Shown here in pieces: positions 1 through 8,926 of a DNA stretch of 64,000 bases (the first letter of the stretch is position 1; each line of letters starts with the position of its first letter). The stretch spans positions 3,968,001 through 4,032,000 of the forward strand of contig OZ244042.1 in the NCBI GenBank assembly GCA_965215015.1. The letters are read 5' to 3'. Made by a program: the position numbers and the translations under genes. The stretch is from Candidatus Poribacteria bacterium (lineage in GTDB: Bacteria; Poribacteria; WGA-4E; PCPOR2b). The notes under the pieces are model-generated. The model did not search any database and was not told the DNA's origin. It was given only the letters and a program-made list of their open reading frames with translations.

Positions 1-561
1 GAAGAAAGGCGAGTCCCTATTTGTTTTAATGAACCGCATTGCCTCATCGAACCAGACATCGGTGCAATAGCCCTCAAACGGTTCTTTGACTCCATTGCGG
101 GCGTAGGTATCGTCGAAGTAGTCATTTCCCCAATGGTCGGGCGTTTGGCTAATCCCGCCGCCACCGTGATAGAGTGCTTCTTCAAACCCTCGGTCATGGG
201 GTCTATAGGGATAATTGTCCCCCAAGTGCCATTTGCCGAACATGCCCGTTCTGTAACCATTTGCCCGGAAAATATCCGCCATTGTGCGCTCATCGTTGCG
301 GAGAAGTGAGCGGCCACCGATGGTATGCCACACGCCGGTGCAATTACAGTAACGCCCGGTCATAATACCGGCTCGTGTGGGAGCACAGGTAGGACCGACA
401 TGAAGGTTGGTTAAACGAAGGCTTTCGCTGTGTAGACTATCTAGATTCGGCGTTTCGATTATCGGATTCCCATGACAGCTGAAATCCCCGTAGCCTTGGT
501 CATCGGTGATGACAAAGACGAGGTTCGGTTTTTGTTCCATAGAATCAGTGGATATTGGCAT
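1..561 (-). CDS. Arylsulfatase (Cys-type, formylglycine-dependent), 5' part only; runs off the window
   Basis: Not in the ORF track. Manual translation from ATG 561 (alternative ATG 540): [19 protein letters not shown]...[16 protein letters not shown]...[13 protein letters not shown]...HDRGF. Contains the CxPxR and GKWHLG sulfatase motifs. Confidence 0.93.
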   Translation of the reverse strand, partial: MPISTDSMEQKPNLVFVITDDQGYGDFSCHGNPIIETPNLDSLHSESLRLTNLHVGPTCAPTRAGIMTGRYCNCTGVWHTIGGRSLLRNDERTMADIFRANGYRTGMFGKWHLGDNYPYRPHDRGFEEALYHGGGGISQTPDHWGNDYFDDTYARNGVKEPFEGYCTDVWFDEAMRFIKTNRDSPFF

Positions 562-2464
562 TATCGTGTTCCTCATTCAGAGGGACGAGTCGCAAGCTCG
601 GATCGCAGAGATCGCAGCTTCCGCAACGGTAACCCTCTTTGACGGTTTCCCCGAAATACTCTCGTACCAGTCGCCCGCGACAACCTTCTGCGAGCGCGTA
701 AAAGACAATCTGATCAATCTGACGGTTCTTACCGAGAAGGTAGTCCTCAAACCCCATCTGATCTGCGGACATTGAGGCGAGCAGATCGCTGTCTTCAAGC
801 AACTCAATTAATACCAGATCTTCTGCCCCCCAATATCTCAAATATCCTTCGCTCTGTAAGTCGATTAGCTGCTCCATGAGTCGGTCAGGACGCCAATCTA
901 TCTCTCGACAAAAATCTAGTACCTGTAATTCGGATCGAGAGCGTAAGTGGCGCAGTAACATCTGCTGTGATTCGTCGAAAATTTCTACGTTTTTGACAGG
1001 CTCAAATGACGGTGTTCTCACCGACAATTTTGAAGGGACATTATACAATCTCCGTAGGAAACCGAGCTTCTCCAAGTGAATAATTCCCACTCGGATTTTC
1101 CCTTCGTTAAAACTACTCAACCACTCTAACTCCTCTTGTGCAAACAGCCGAAAGTTGTCAACCGAGGGGAAGGTTTCAATGAGTTTTAGGAGCTTGAGAA
1201 GATCCGGTTTATTTGGCGCGCTCTCCTTGATGAACCATTCATGCAACTTTCGGTCGTCCGGGCAGTAAAACAGAATACAGTGAGCGGTTACATCATCACG
1301 GCCTGCGCGGCCCGCTTCTTGATAGTACTGTTCCAGGGTACCTGTCATTGTCCAATGAATGATATATCGGATGTCAGATTTGTCAATTCCCATCCCAAAT
1401 GCGTTGGTGGCAACAACCAAATCGAGTCCATCGGGACCATCGTCGAAGAACCGATCTTGCACCTGTTTCCGTTCAACATCTACGCGTCCGGCGTGATAAA
1501 AATCGGCACGGTGCCCCCGCTTCTTTAGATACGACGCGATCTCCTCAGTTTCGCGCCGACGGCCGGCGTACACAATTCCCTTTGGAGTGAGCGTATGTAA
1601 ATCGTCCGATTTACCTAGCGACCCCCTGCCCGTTAGCCGCTGTAGGTGTTCATCGAGAAGCAGATACTTTTCGGCATCCCCCGAAACTTGGCAAACGCTG
1701 AATTTCAGGTTGGAACGTTCAATACCGCGGGTAAAGGTCTGGGGTGGTCGAATTTCTAACTGCTCCAAAATGTCTGCCCGTACATCAGGAGTTGCTGTTG
1801 CTGTGAACAGCGCAATTGAACTCGGATGCAATTCACGGATGGCGTCTTGGAGCGCAAGATAAGAAGGGCGAAAATCGTGTCCCCATTGAGAGATACAGTG
1901 TGCTTCGTCAATTACAAACAGGGAGATCTGGTGTGAATTGAGCAGGTTCAGAAACCGCCGACTACGAAAACGCTCTGGAGCGATATAGAGCAACTTGATT
2001 TCCCTATGTTCTAAGCGTTCTAGCTCCGCACGGTACTCCTCCCAGCTCAGACTGCTGTTGAGTAGTGCTACTGCATAAATTCCATGCTCCCGTAATGCAT
2101 CGACTTGGTCTTTCATCAAAGAGATTAGTGGGGAAACAACTACTGTTACTCCCGGTAGCATCAACGCCGGCAACTGATAACAGAGTGATTTTCCATAGCC
2201 TGTTGGGAAGGCTGCAAGAATATTCTCTCCATTCAAAATCTTTTCTATAACTTCATGCTGTCCATCTCGAAAATCAACGTAGCCAAAATACTTTTGGAGT
2301 GCGGTGAGTAATTCATCTGTGACTTCACCTTGGGTATCATCTGCTGAGGCTGGGGAGACTATGGGCACTTCGCCGGGTGTGTTGAGGAGTTCATCTATGC
2401 TTTGAAGAAGTGCTTGGGGGTTTTTCATCGTAAAAAAATCAGGTATCATCCAATCGGCTTTCAC
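545..2464 (-). CDS. recQ: RecQ-family ATP-dependent DNA helicase
   Basis: [42 protein letters not shown] and a C-terminal Zn site CR...CGSCDLC. Start uncertain (GTG 2464, or ATG 2449/2428). Confidence 0.93.
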   Translation of the reverse strand: MKADWMIPDFFTMKNPQALLQSIDELLNTPGEVPIVSPASADDTQGEVTDELLTALQKYFGYVDFRDGQHEVIEKILNGENILAAFPTGYGKSLCYQLPALMLPGVTVVVSPLISLMKDQVDALREHGIYAVALLNSSLSWEEYRAELERLEHREIKLLYIAPERFRSRRFLNLLNSHQISLFVIDEAHCISQWGHDFRPSYLALQDAIRELHPSSIALFTATATPDVRADILEQLEIRPPQTFTRGIERSNLKFSVCQVSGDAEKYLLLDEHLQRLTGRGSLGKSDDLHTLTPKGIVYAGRRRETEEIASYLKKRGHRADFYHAGRVDVERKQVQDRFFDDGPDGLDLVVATNAFGMGIDKSDIRYIIHWTMTGTLEQYYQEAGRAGRDDVTAHCILFYCPDDRKLHEWFIKESAPNKPDLLKLLKLIETFPSVDNFRLFAQEELEWLSSFNEGKIRVGIIHLEKLGFLRRLYNVPSKLSVRTPSFEPVKNVEIFDESQQMLLRHLRSRSELQVLDFCREIDWRPDRLMEQLIDLQSEGYLRYWGAEDLVLIELLEDSDLLASMSADQMGFEDYLLGKNRQIDQIVFYALAEGCRGRLVREYFGETVKEGYRCGSCDLCDPSLRLVPLNEEHDNANIH

Positions 2465-2564
2465 CGGAGATACCTATTACGCATTTTTATGCTCAGTTGT
2501 CTTAGTAGCGATTTTCACGATTTGTCTTGGTAGGGTCTAGTTTCTATCATAATCCAAGTCGCTA

Positions 2565-2660
2565 GTAGTAGGCATATTGCTTTGAATCCCAATCTTATCG
2601 GGACTCTGTATGCCGTAATCCTTGGGCAAACTACGACATAGTGCAGTGAGCCTACTGCAA
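2565..2660. repeat. GTAG-type REP pair; first copy interrupted by a 27-bp palindromic insert
   Basis: gtagtaggcatatt[insert 2579-2605]ctgtatgccgtaatc matches the uninterrupted copy at 55481-55509 (reverse strand gtagtaggcacactccgtatgccgtaacc). Confidence 0.65.
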
Positions 2661-2938
2661 TTACACTAGCGGGCCAATGAACTAATAAATCAACATAGCC
2701 CTGGCAAGGCGATATGTATATAGAATGCGTGAAATGTCGTGCGTAAACAGTCAGAGTTGCGATTCGGAGAGTACGTCTCCTATCCTATGTTTTGTGCAGG
2801 TTAAAAACTCTCCCGGAACAGAGGGAGAATTTCGATTCCCGACTATTGTGTCGGTTTTAGACGCTTGGTTTACCAACTAGCAATTTGCGTTATCATAATC
2901 ATAACGATGAGTTTGGGCGGAGTTTTCGCAAAACTGAG

Positions 2939-3580
2939 TTAAGAATTTAGGGCCCATTCCAATTTTTCGTTTTTTAAGTACGGAATTAAAAGCGTCTGAA
3001 GGCGTTTATGGGCATGGTGGAGATGTGCTTTGATGGTGCCTTCGGATCGATCCAATTGCGCGGCAATCTCCTTCAATTGAAGCCCATCGTGATATCGAAG
3101 GTTAAAAACACGCTGCTGTTTAGGCGGCAGTTGCTGTACCGCTTGACCAATGATGTACCCAAGTTCTTTAGATTCCAACTGATCCGGCGGCAGCGGACTT
3201 ATATCATTAAACGTCACTTCATCATTACCGCCTGTGGCTAAGTCATCAAAGGATAAGGTCTGCCCGCGTTTTTGTTGGCGAATAAAGTCAATACACAGAT
3301 TAATAGCAATCCGGTAGAGCCAACTGTAGAATGCCGATTGCCGTTTGAAATGAGGCAGGGCGCGAAAGGCTTTGATAAAAATCTCTTGAGAAAGGTCTCG
3401 TGCAGTTTCAGAGTTAGGCACATACTTATAAACCAAGTTATAGATCTTCCCCTGATATCTGATGACTAGCTCATTAAAAACTTCCTGTTCACCATTTTGG
3501 AATCGTTCAACAAGTTCTTTTTCGTCGTTAGGTAGAGGTGTAGGTGTTGAAGATGTGGATAAAGTATTACATTGAATCAC
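2939..3580 (-). CDS. ECF (sigma-70 group 4) RNA polymerase sigma factor
   Basis: Region 2 (DLSQEIFIKAF...FYSWLYRIAINLCIDFIR) and region 4 (LKEIAAQLDRSEGTIKAHLHHA). GTG at 3580 is preferred over TTG 3643 because AAAGGAG lies 8 nt upstream. Confidence 0.92.
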   Translation of the reverse strand: MIQCNTLSTSSTPTPLPNDEKELVERFQNGEQEVFNELVIRYQGKIYNLVYKYVPNSETARDLSQEIFIKAFRALPHFKRQSAFYSWLYRIAINLCIDFIRQQKRGQTLSFDDLATGGNDEVTFNDISPLPPDQLESKELGYIIGQAVQQLPPKQQRVFNLRYHDGLQLKEIAAQLDRSEGTIKAHLHHAHKRLQTLLIPYLKNEKLEWALNS

Positions 3581-3660
3581 GTTGCATTCTCCTTTACAGT
3601 GCGAAACAGGCAATGCGTACAGGTACGCAGCAGCTGATACCAATCTTTTTATTACACACT

Positions 3661-3700
3661 AACCTGTATCAAATTGTTCCAACTTGTATCAAATTGTTCT
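3661..3700. promoter_or_regulatory. 2 x 20-bp tandem direct repeat, candidate regulator-binding site
   Basis: aacctgtatcaaattgttcc / aacttgtatcaaattgttct (18/20 identical), between the divergent ECF sigma and histidine kinase genes. Confidence 0.5.
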
Positions 3701-3734
3701 CATCTCCTGAATTTCTATGCCCTGTGCTTTCAAC

Positions 3735-3764
3735 TTGACATTGGGTTTAAATCTCGGCTATAGT
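3735..3764 (+). promoter_or_regulatory. sigma70-like promoter for histidine kinase-cysC
   Basis: TTGACA-N18-TATAGT. Confidence 0.6.
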
Positions 3765-3881
3765 AATAGATTAACCTGCTAATTCAGTAGGGGTTCAAAA
3801 GTGAGACAATCAATCCAATTTTGCTTTTTACGCTTTTTACCTAGAGTGCAAGTATTTTGCCATTAATGCTTTCACCTGCTT

Positions 3882-5285
3882 ATGCGCCGATATAGTATTC
3901 AAAACAAGATTGTTCTTCCGTTCATTCTACTCTTCACGGTAGTTATTTTTCTTGAGCCGCTCATTACGATTGCGCTTTTTGATCGGAAATACAATGAACA
4001 GAATAGTTTAGAAACCCAGAAATGGGTTCAGGCGATTGTGAATACCGGCTATATTCACCAGCCAGAGAAGGTTAAGGAGGCGTACGGTGCGGAGGTAACA
4101 GTTGTGAGTAGGGACAACACAGTGAATTACACCACTCTCCCCGGAAATTGGGCAAATTTCGCTGATGATATGAAGCTGCAGGAGGTCCGTAAACGCATCA
4201 AGGAATCGAACCGTGACTTTGTTTCACAAAATGTGATGGTCAATGGCAAACACTATAAAGTTATCTATTACCCACAAGCGTACGATCGGTTGTACTGCCT
4301 GATGCGTCCTATAGATAAAATCGCTGATGCAAAGGGGGACATCACTTTATTGATGTTCGGAATTGCGGCTGTCGTCATCTTATTAGTTACACTTATCAGC
4401 CATCTTATCGGGCGGAATCTTACCAATCCGATCAAAGACTTGGTACAATTCACGCGGAAGGTTGCCGGGGGTAACTTGAACGAGCAGTGTGAGGTGAAGA
4501 CACACGACGAAATTGGTGACCTCACTGTTGCGTTTAATCAAATGACGCGTGATTTGCGAAATTCGCGGAATGAACTGATAAGTGCTGAACGCCTCGCCAC
4601 AGCGGGAAAAATGGCAGCATCATTTGCCCATGAGATTCGGAATCCCCTCTCGTCAATGCGGATGCTAGCGCAAATGCTAATGCGAAAAGAAGATCTCCCA
4701 GAATCAAAGCGAAAGCAGTCGATGCAGTACATCCTCGAAGAGATTGAACGGATTGATGTTATTGTCAAAGGGTTCATGGATTTTGCTCATCCCGCAGCAC
4801 TTCAACTTGCTCCCCACGACCTGAATCAAGTTTTACAGGAGGTCTTGGATTTGATGGAGGCTAACCTGAATCACCATCAGATTTCGCTAATCAAGAGATT
4901 CGCCCCCGATCTCCTACCGGTTTCGTTGGATCGGGATAAGTTGAAACAAGCGTTTATGAATATCGTATTAAATGCTATGGATGCGATGCCAGAAGGCGGT
5001 ACATTGGAAATCGTGACGTTACAGGGTTCAGATAAGGTCCGTATTGATGTCGCAGATACGGGAATTGGTATCTCACCTGAAGATTTAAACCGCCTTTTTG
5101 AACCTTTCTTCACGACAAAATCACAGGGAACCGGACTTGGATTAGCAAATGTGAAACGCATTCTTGAACAACACGGTGGAGACATACGGAGTAAAAGCGT
5201 CGTTGGGCAGGGAACAACGATATCGCTTTGGCTACCACTGTCTAGTAATTCCTCACCTTCAAATTTCAAAAAAATAGGAGAATAG
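3882..5285 (+). CDS. Membrane sensor histidine kinase (HAMP-HisKA-HATPase)
   Basis: Two TM segments, HAMP ([13 protein letters not shown]), H-box [10 protein letters not shown]-box NAMDAM, G1 DTGIGI, F-box FEPFFTTK, G2 GTGLGL. Confidence 0.95.
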   Translation: MRRYSIQNKIVLPFILLFTVVIFLEPLITIALFDRKYNEQNSLETQKWVQAIVNTGYIHQPEKVKEAYGAEVTVVSRDNTVNYTTLPGNWANFADDMKLQEVRKRIKESNRDFVSQNVMVNGKHYKVIYYPQAYDRLYCLMRPIDKIADAKGDITLLMFGIAAVVILLVTLISHLIGRNLTNPIKDLVQFTRKVAGGNLNEQCEVKTHDEIGDLTVAFNQMTRDLRNSRNELISAERLATAGKMAASFAHEIRNPLSSMRMLAQMLMRKEDLPESKRKQSMQYILEEIERIDVIVKGFMDFAHPAALQLAPHDLNQVLQEVLDLMEANLNHHQISLIKRFAPDLLPVSLDRDKLKQAFMNIVLNAMDAMPEGGTLEIVTLQGSDKVRIDVADTGIGISPEDLNRLFEPFFTTKSQGTGLGLANVKRILEQHGGDIRSKSVVGQGTTISLWLPLSSNSSPSNFKKIGE

Positions 5286-5286
5286 T

Positions 5287-5904
5287 ATGGCAGAACAAAA
5301 GGCAACGAATATTACTTGGCATGAAGCGAATGTTGTCCAAACAGACAGAGAAAATCTTCTCAATCAGAAAGGAGGTGTCATTTGGTTCACAGGGTTGTCA
5401 GGCTCTGGCAAATCCACGCTTGCCCTTGAAGTGGAAAGTAAATTATATCAGCGCGGACATCTTACCTATGTCCTTGATGGCGACAATATCCGACACGGTT
5501 TAAATAAAAATCTCGGCTTCTCTCCTGAAGACCGGGAGGAGAACATCCGCCGCATTGGAGAGGTTGCGAAGTTGTTTGCCGATGCCGGTGTTATTTCGAT
5601 GACAGCCTTCATTTCGCCGTACCGTACAGACCGAGACAACGCACGGGCCCTGCTTGACGACGGGCGATTTATGGAGGTCTTCGTTGATTGTCCGTTGGAG
5701 GTGTGCGAAGCACGAGATACGAAAGGGTTATATAAAAAGGCGCGGGCAGGCGAGATCAAAGAGTTCACGGGAATCAGTGCACCTTACGAAGCACCGGCCC
5801 GGCCGGAGCTTACTGTGAATACAGGCAGCCAAACGCTCGAAGAATGTACCGAACGCGTCATTGCACTTCTCGAAAGCAAAGGGCTTATTTCTGTATCACA
5901 ATAA
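5287..5904 (+). CDS. cysC: Adenylyl-sulfate (APS) kinase
   Basis: [49 protein letters not shown]. Confidence 0.97.
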   Translation: MAEQKATNITWHEANVVQTDRENLLNQKGGVIWFTGLSGSGKSTLALEVESKLYQRGHLTYVLDGDNIRHGLNKNLGFSPEDREENIRRIGEVAKLFADAGVISMTAFISPYRTDRDNARALLDDGRFMEVFVDCPLEVCEARDTKGLYKKARAGEIKEFTGISAPYEAPARPELTVNTGSQTLEECTERVIALLESKGLISVSQ

Positions 5905-5920
5905 GGGGATTAGTGCAGTC

Positions 5921-7171
5921 TTAAAATCCCATCAAGCCACAGCAGCGACGGCAGACAGGCATAGGCCCGTCGGTGCTGATAGAATTGCGAAATTTGCGGG
6001 CAGCGGCGTTATTCCACATATCTTCGACAGCGTCCGTTTTGATGTTGCCGATGATGTAGTCATGGTAATCACGGCAGAGGCTAACGTCGCCGTTGCTGTC
6101 AATCTCCATTGTCATGTAAATGCTGACACATTGATTGTAACCAAAAACCTCCGTGTGATCGGTATAGTATCGCTGGATCTCGTTCCGCGTGTTAAGTTTT
6201 GGCATCATCATTGGTGGGCACCGACGTGTCTCTTTCGATAGTTTTTCCATCTCCTCAAACTTATCAAGAATGATACCGTGATTAAAATCTTTCCACGTCC
6301 CGATCCAGCCGTAGTGAGTTTGGGGCTTGAAACCGAAACGCCCCTCAAAATCTTCGGTATGTGCTTGTGCGGAATGCGAGTCGATCCACCACGTTAGGTA
6401 GAAAATCTGTGCATCTGCGTACTGGTTCGTGAATTTGTAGAGATCGACTACGTAGTCAATATTGTACATCGTGATACAACTGAGCGGGACGATGTACGGA
6501 AACGCAAGATTCCGACGCCTCTTTTCCTCGCTTAATGTTTCAAGTGCTGCTTTTACGTCCTTAAAGTTATCATAGTTTTCCGTGACCCCGGGACGCTGAT
6601 TGTTGTGAATATCTTCATTTGGTCCGTCAACGCTCAAATAAAGAATTTTGCATGTTTCGAGAATGTCCTCGGCGCGCCTAGCGAGATGGGTGCCATTTGT
6701 CACGAGCGAGATTGGCATATCCCGTTCTTTGATGTAATGCAGCAGTTCAAGTAAACCGGGATAAAGCATCGGCTCACCGCCCCAGATATACCATACAGGC
6801 GACCAGCCGGCATCAATAATCTGATCAACGAGTCGCTTGTAAAATTCAACGGGGACCTCCCGTTGCTTCAGTGTTTTGAGGGATTCGCCAAGCAGATATC
6901 CATTATCTCCCCACTGCCCGCAGGAATGACAGCGCAGGTTGCACATATCCGTAATTCGTAAACTCACCAGCTGGACATCGTCGCCTTTGCCGTGCTTGGC
7001 ACCAAATGGGTGTCTCCAATTAAAACTTTCCTTTGCCATCTGATATTTCATGAGCGCGTAGGAAGTGAACCAATCATCTGACATTGCGGTTGCCAGTTCA
7101 TTCACAAAAAAACGGGGTGAAACACGACTTCGAATTGCCATAATTTTCCTCTCTGTTACAGGACGTAACAT
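5921..7171 (-). CDS. Radical SAM enzyme with SPASM/twitch domain
   Basis: CNLRCHSC (CxxxCxxC), GGEP, TNG, SVDG; C-terminal C...GDVSLC...GNI...CRRCC. Start may be ATG 7141. Confidence 0.92.
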   Translation of the reverse strand: MLRPVTERKIMAIRSRVSPRFFVNELATAMSDDWFTSYALMKYQMAKESFNWRHPFGAKHGKGDDVQLVSLRITDMCNLRCHSCGQWGDNGYLLGESLKTLKQREVPVEFYKRLVDQIIDAGWSPVWYIWGGEPMLYPGLLELLHYIKERDMPISLVTNGTHLARRAEDILETCKILYLSVDGPNEDIHNNQRPGVTENYDNFKDVKAALETLSEEKRRRNLAFPYIVPLSCITMYNIDYVVDLYKFTNQYADAQIFYLTWWIDSHSAQAHTEDFEGRFGFKPQTHYGWIGTWKDFNHGIILDKFEEMEKLSKETRRCPPMMMPKLNTRNEIQRYYTDHTEVFGYNQCVSIYMTMEIDSNGDVSLCRDYHDYIIGNIKTDAVEDMWNNAAARKFRNSISTDGPMPVCRRCCGLMGF

Positions 7172-7199
7172 CTAAATGAACTTATAAACGCTTGAATGT

Positions 7200-8438
7200 C
7201 TAAACGGATCTCTCTCCATTTTTAACCTTTGTTCCATCGTCTTCTGTGACCCGCCCTAAAACACGAGACCTTGTCGCTGAAAGAATTTCGTATTGAACAC
7301 CGCCCCATACAATCTTGTTCTGGAATAGTGCATACACCGCATTCAGGCCCGCGAGAAACATCGCTATCGGCACGACAAGCGAGGCGGTTCGGAGGGTTTC
7401 ACGTATTTTAGGCATCTCTCTCAGCCAGCGGGGCAAGTTTCGTGAGAAGACACGATAACTTTGAATTTCGATAAATGGAACAAGGAGGATAAGGAGAAGT
7501 CTATCGGAATAATAGAATGTAAACGGAATTGAGCCGAGAACAAGCAAAGCCTTCGGCAGAAGGACCAACAAGGTGCCCCACCACTGCGCTTTAAGCCCCA
7601 TCCGAAAGGTCATCACTATTTGCCGGTTGGTAAACTCTATGACCTGTTTCCATGTTCGTTTCTTAGTATGGGTAATCGCGATGCAGTCCGGCACAAAATG
7701 AACCTTGCGTTTAAGGGATCTCACCGCATACGTCAAATTGTGGTCTTCGATGGTTGCATTGTCCCAACGTTGCAGTACCTTGCTTTTTTCAAAAGATTCA
7801 CGACGGATTGCGTTGGAGCCGCCCCAAACCATAGCGAGTGGATGATCACCTTGCAAGGCAATCTGAAAGTTGACCCAGACTGCTTCGACAAGCGATGCCG
7901 TATTCAAGGTATGTGGAAAATAAAATCTCGCCCCTACTGTTGCACCGACAGTTTGATCCTGAAGCGGTTGGACGAGTAGTTTCAACCAATCTCGCTCAAT
8001 TGCTGCATCCGCATCAACAAAAGCGATAATCTCAACATCGTCTGGGAATGTCGCGATTGCTGTCATCAAATTTTGCACCTTCTGCGAGCGTGGCAAGGAG
8101 TTTTCCACGATGTTCGGTGCGAGCAGTGTATGGACATTGGGGTGTCCTTCGGCTATCTTAATCAGATGCGGATAGGACTCATCGTAACCCGATTCCCCCA
8201 TGGTGTGCGTGACAAAAAAGACCTCATACGCGCCCGCATAATCCTGATCCAGCAGTCTCTTTACATTTTCTGCTGTCTGGTCGTCCCAGCCATAATGCGG
8301 TGCGATGATAGCAGCTTTCGGGGTATAATCTGGTCTTTTCGTTTTTCTTTCACGGCGTGCGTATCGGAATGAGTTAAGGATTAGCAGCACTTCTAAAATA
8401 AGGGTAAAATAGACTGCTCCAATAATGTATGAGATCAT
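7200..8438 (-). CDS. Membrane glycosyltransferase, GT2/GT21 (ceramide glucosyltransferase/HpnI-like)
   Basis: N-terminal TM, QDY...YEVFF, KVQNL, DAD (DxD), WGGS, ED, FTNRQ and C-terminal TM helices. Confidence 0.85.
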   Translation of the reverse strand: MISYIIGAVYFTLILEVLLILNSFRYARRERKTKRPDYTPKAAIIAPHYGWDDQTAENVKRLLDQDYAGAYEVFFVTHTMGESGYDESYPHLIKIAEGHPNVHTLLAPNIVENSLPRSQKVQNLMTAIATFPDDVEIIAFVDADAAIERDWLKLLVQPLQDQTVGATVGARFYFPHTLNTASLVEAVWVNFQIALQGDHPLAMVWGGSNAIRRESFEKSKVLQRWDNATIEDHNLTYAVRSLKRKVHFVPDCIAITHTKKRTWKQVIEFTNRQIVMTFRMGLKAQWWGTLLVLLPKALLVLGSIPFTFYYSDRLLLILLVPFIEIQSYRVFSRNLPRWLREMPKIRETLRTASLVVPIAMFLAGLNAVYALFQNKIVWGGVQYEILSATRSRVLGRVTEDDGTKVKNGERSV

Positions 8439-8551
8439 GGGGTAGTATACAATAAGGTTTGAAATAATTAGTAACTTAACACAACTTCATCTTAACATAC
8501 ATGGACAGATTCGGTCAACACAAAAATAGACGGGAGATTTGTAAAATTTGT

Positions 8552-8830
8552 TTGACGTACTCCCAAGGATAAATGTTTCTTAACCCTGATTTATCGGGGC
8601 TTGGGATTATTATCCTTCCGATTATGTCGGGGCGGATTTATATGGATGCCAATGAAACTTGACACCTATCACCTATGGGGGGCAGCGCCCAACTACAGGG
8701 TAAAAGAGCCCACCCTGTGGGGCAGGTTTGGAAGGTATATTTCTCCGATAACCCGGTGGACCCAAGCCTTAAAGGTGCCAATTTATCGAACATTCTCGGT
8801 GTTTCTCTGATCGGAAAGATCAGGAAAGGT
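8552..8830 (-). mobile_element. IS200/IS605-type remnant: right-end hairpin ending TCAA plus structured non-coding upstream sequence
   Basis: Minus strand aatcccaag[25-bp insert]atttatccttgggagtacgtcaa fits the (G)AATCCC-hairpin-GTCAA right end of tnpB elements. Extent toward 8830 is approximate. Confidence 0.6.
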
Positions 8831-8926
8831 CTGAACTTGGGCTTGTTGTAAATTTGCTGTCAGTATAAACGGGTGACGTGTTATTATATATGCAACTGTT
8901 GAGATTAAGTTACAAAGGAGTGTTTT

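Noticed and set aside
8601-8810. 69-aa ORF
   Set aside because: Lies inside the IS605-type remnant, with no RBS and no recognisable motif.
8532-8860. ttgtaaaatttg / ttgtaaatttg as a target-site duplication or guide self-target
   Set aside because: Short and AT-rich, and IS200/IS605 elements do not make target duplications; likely chance.
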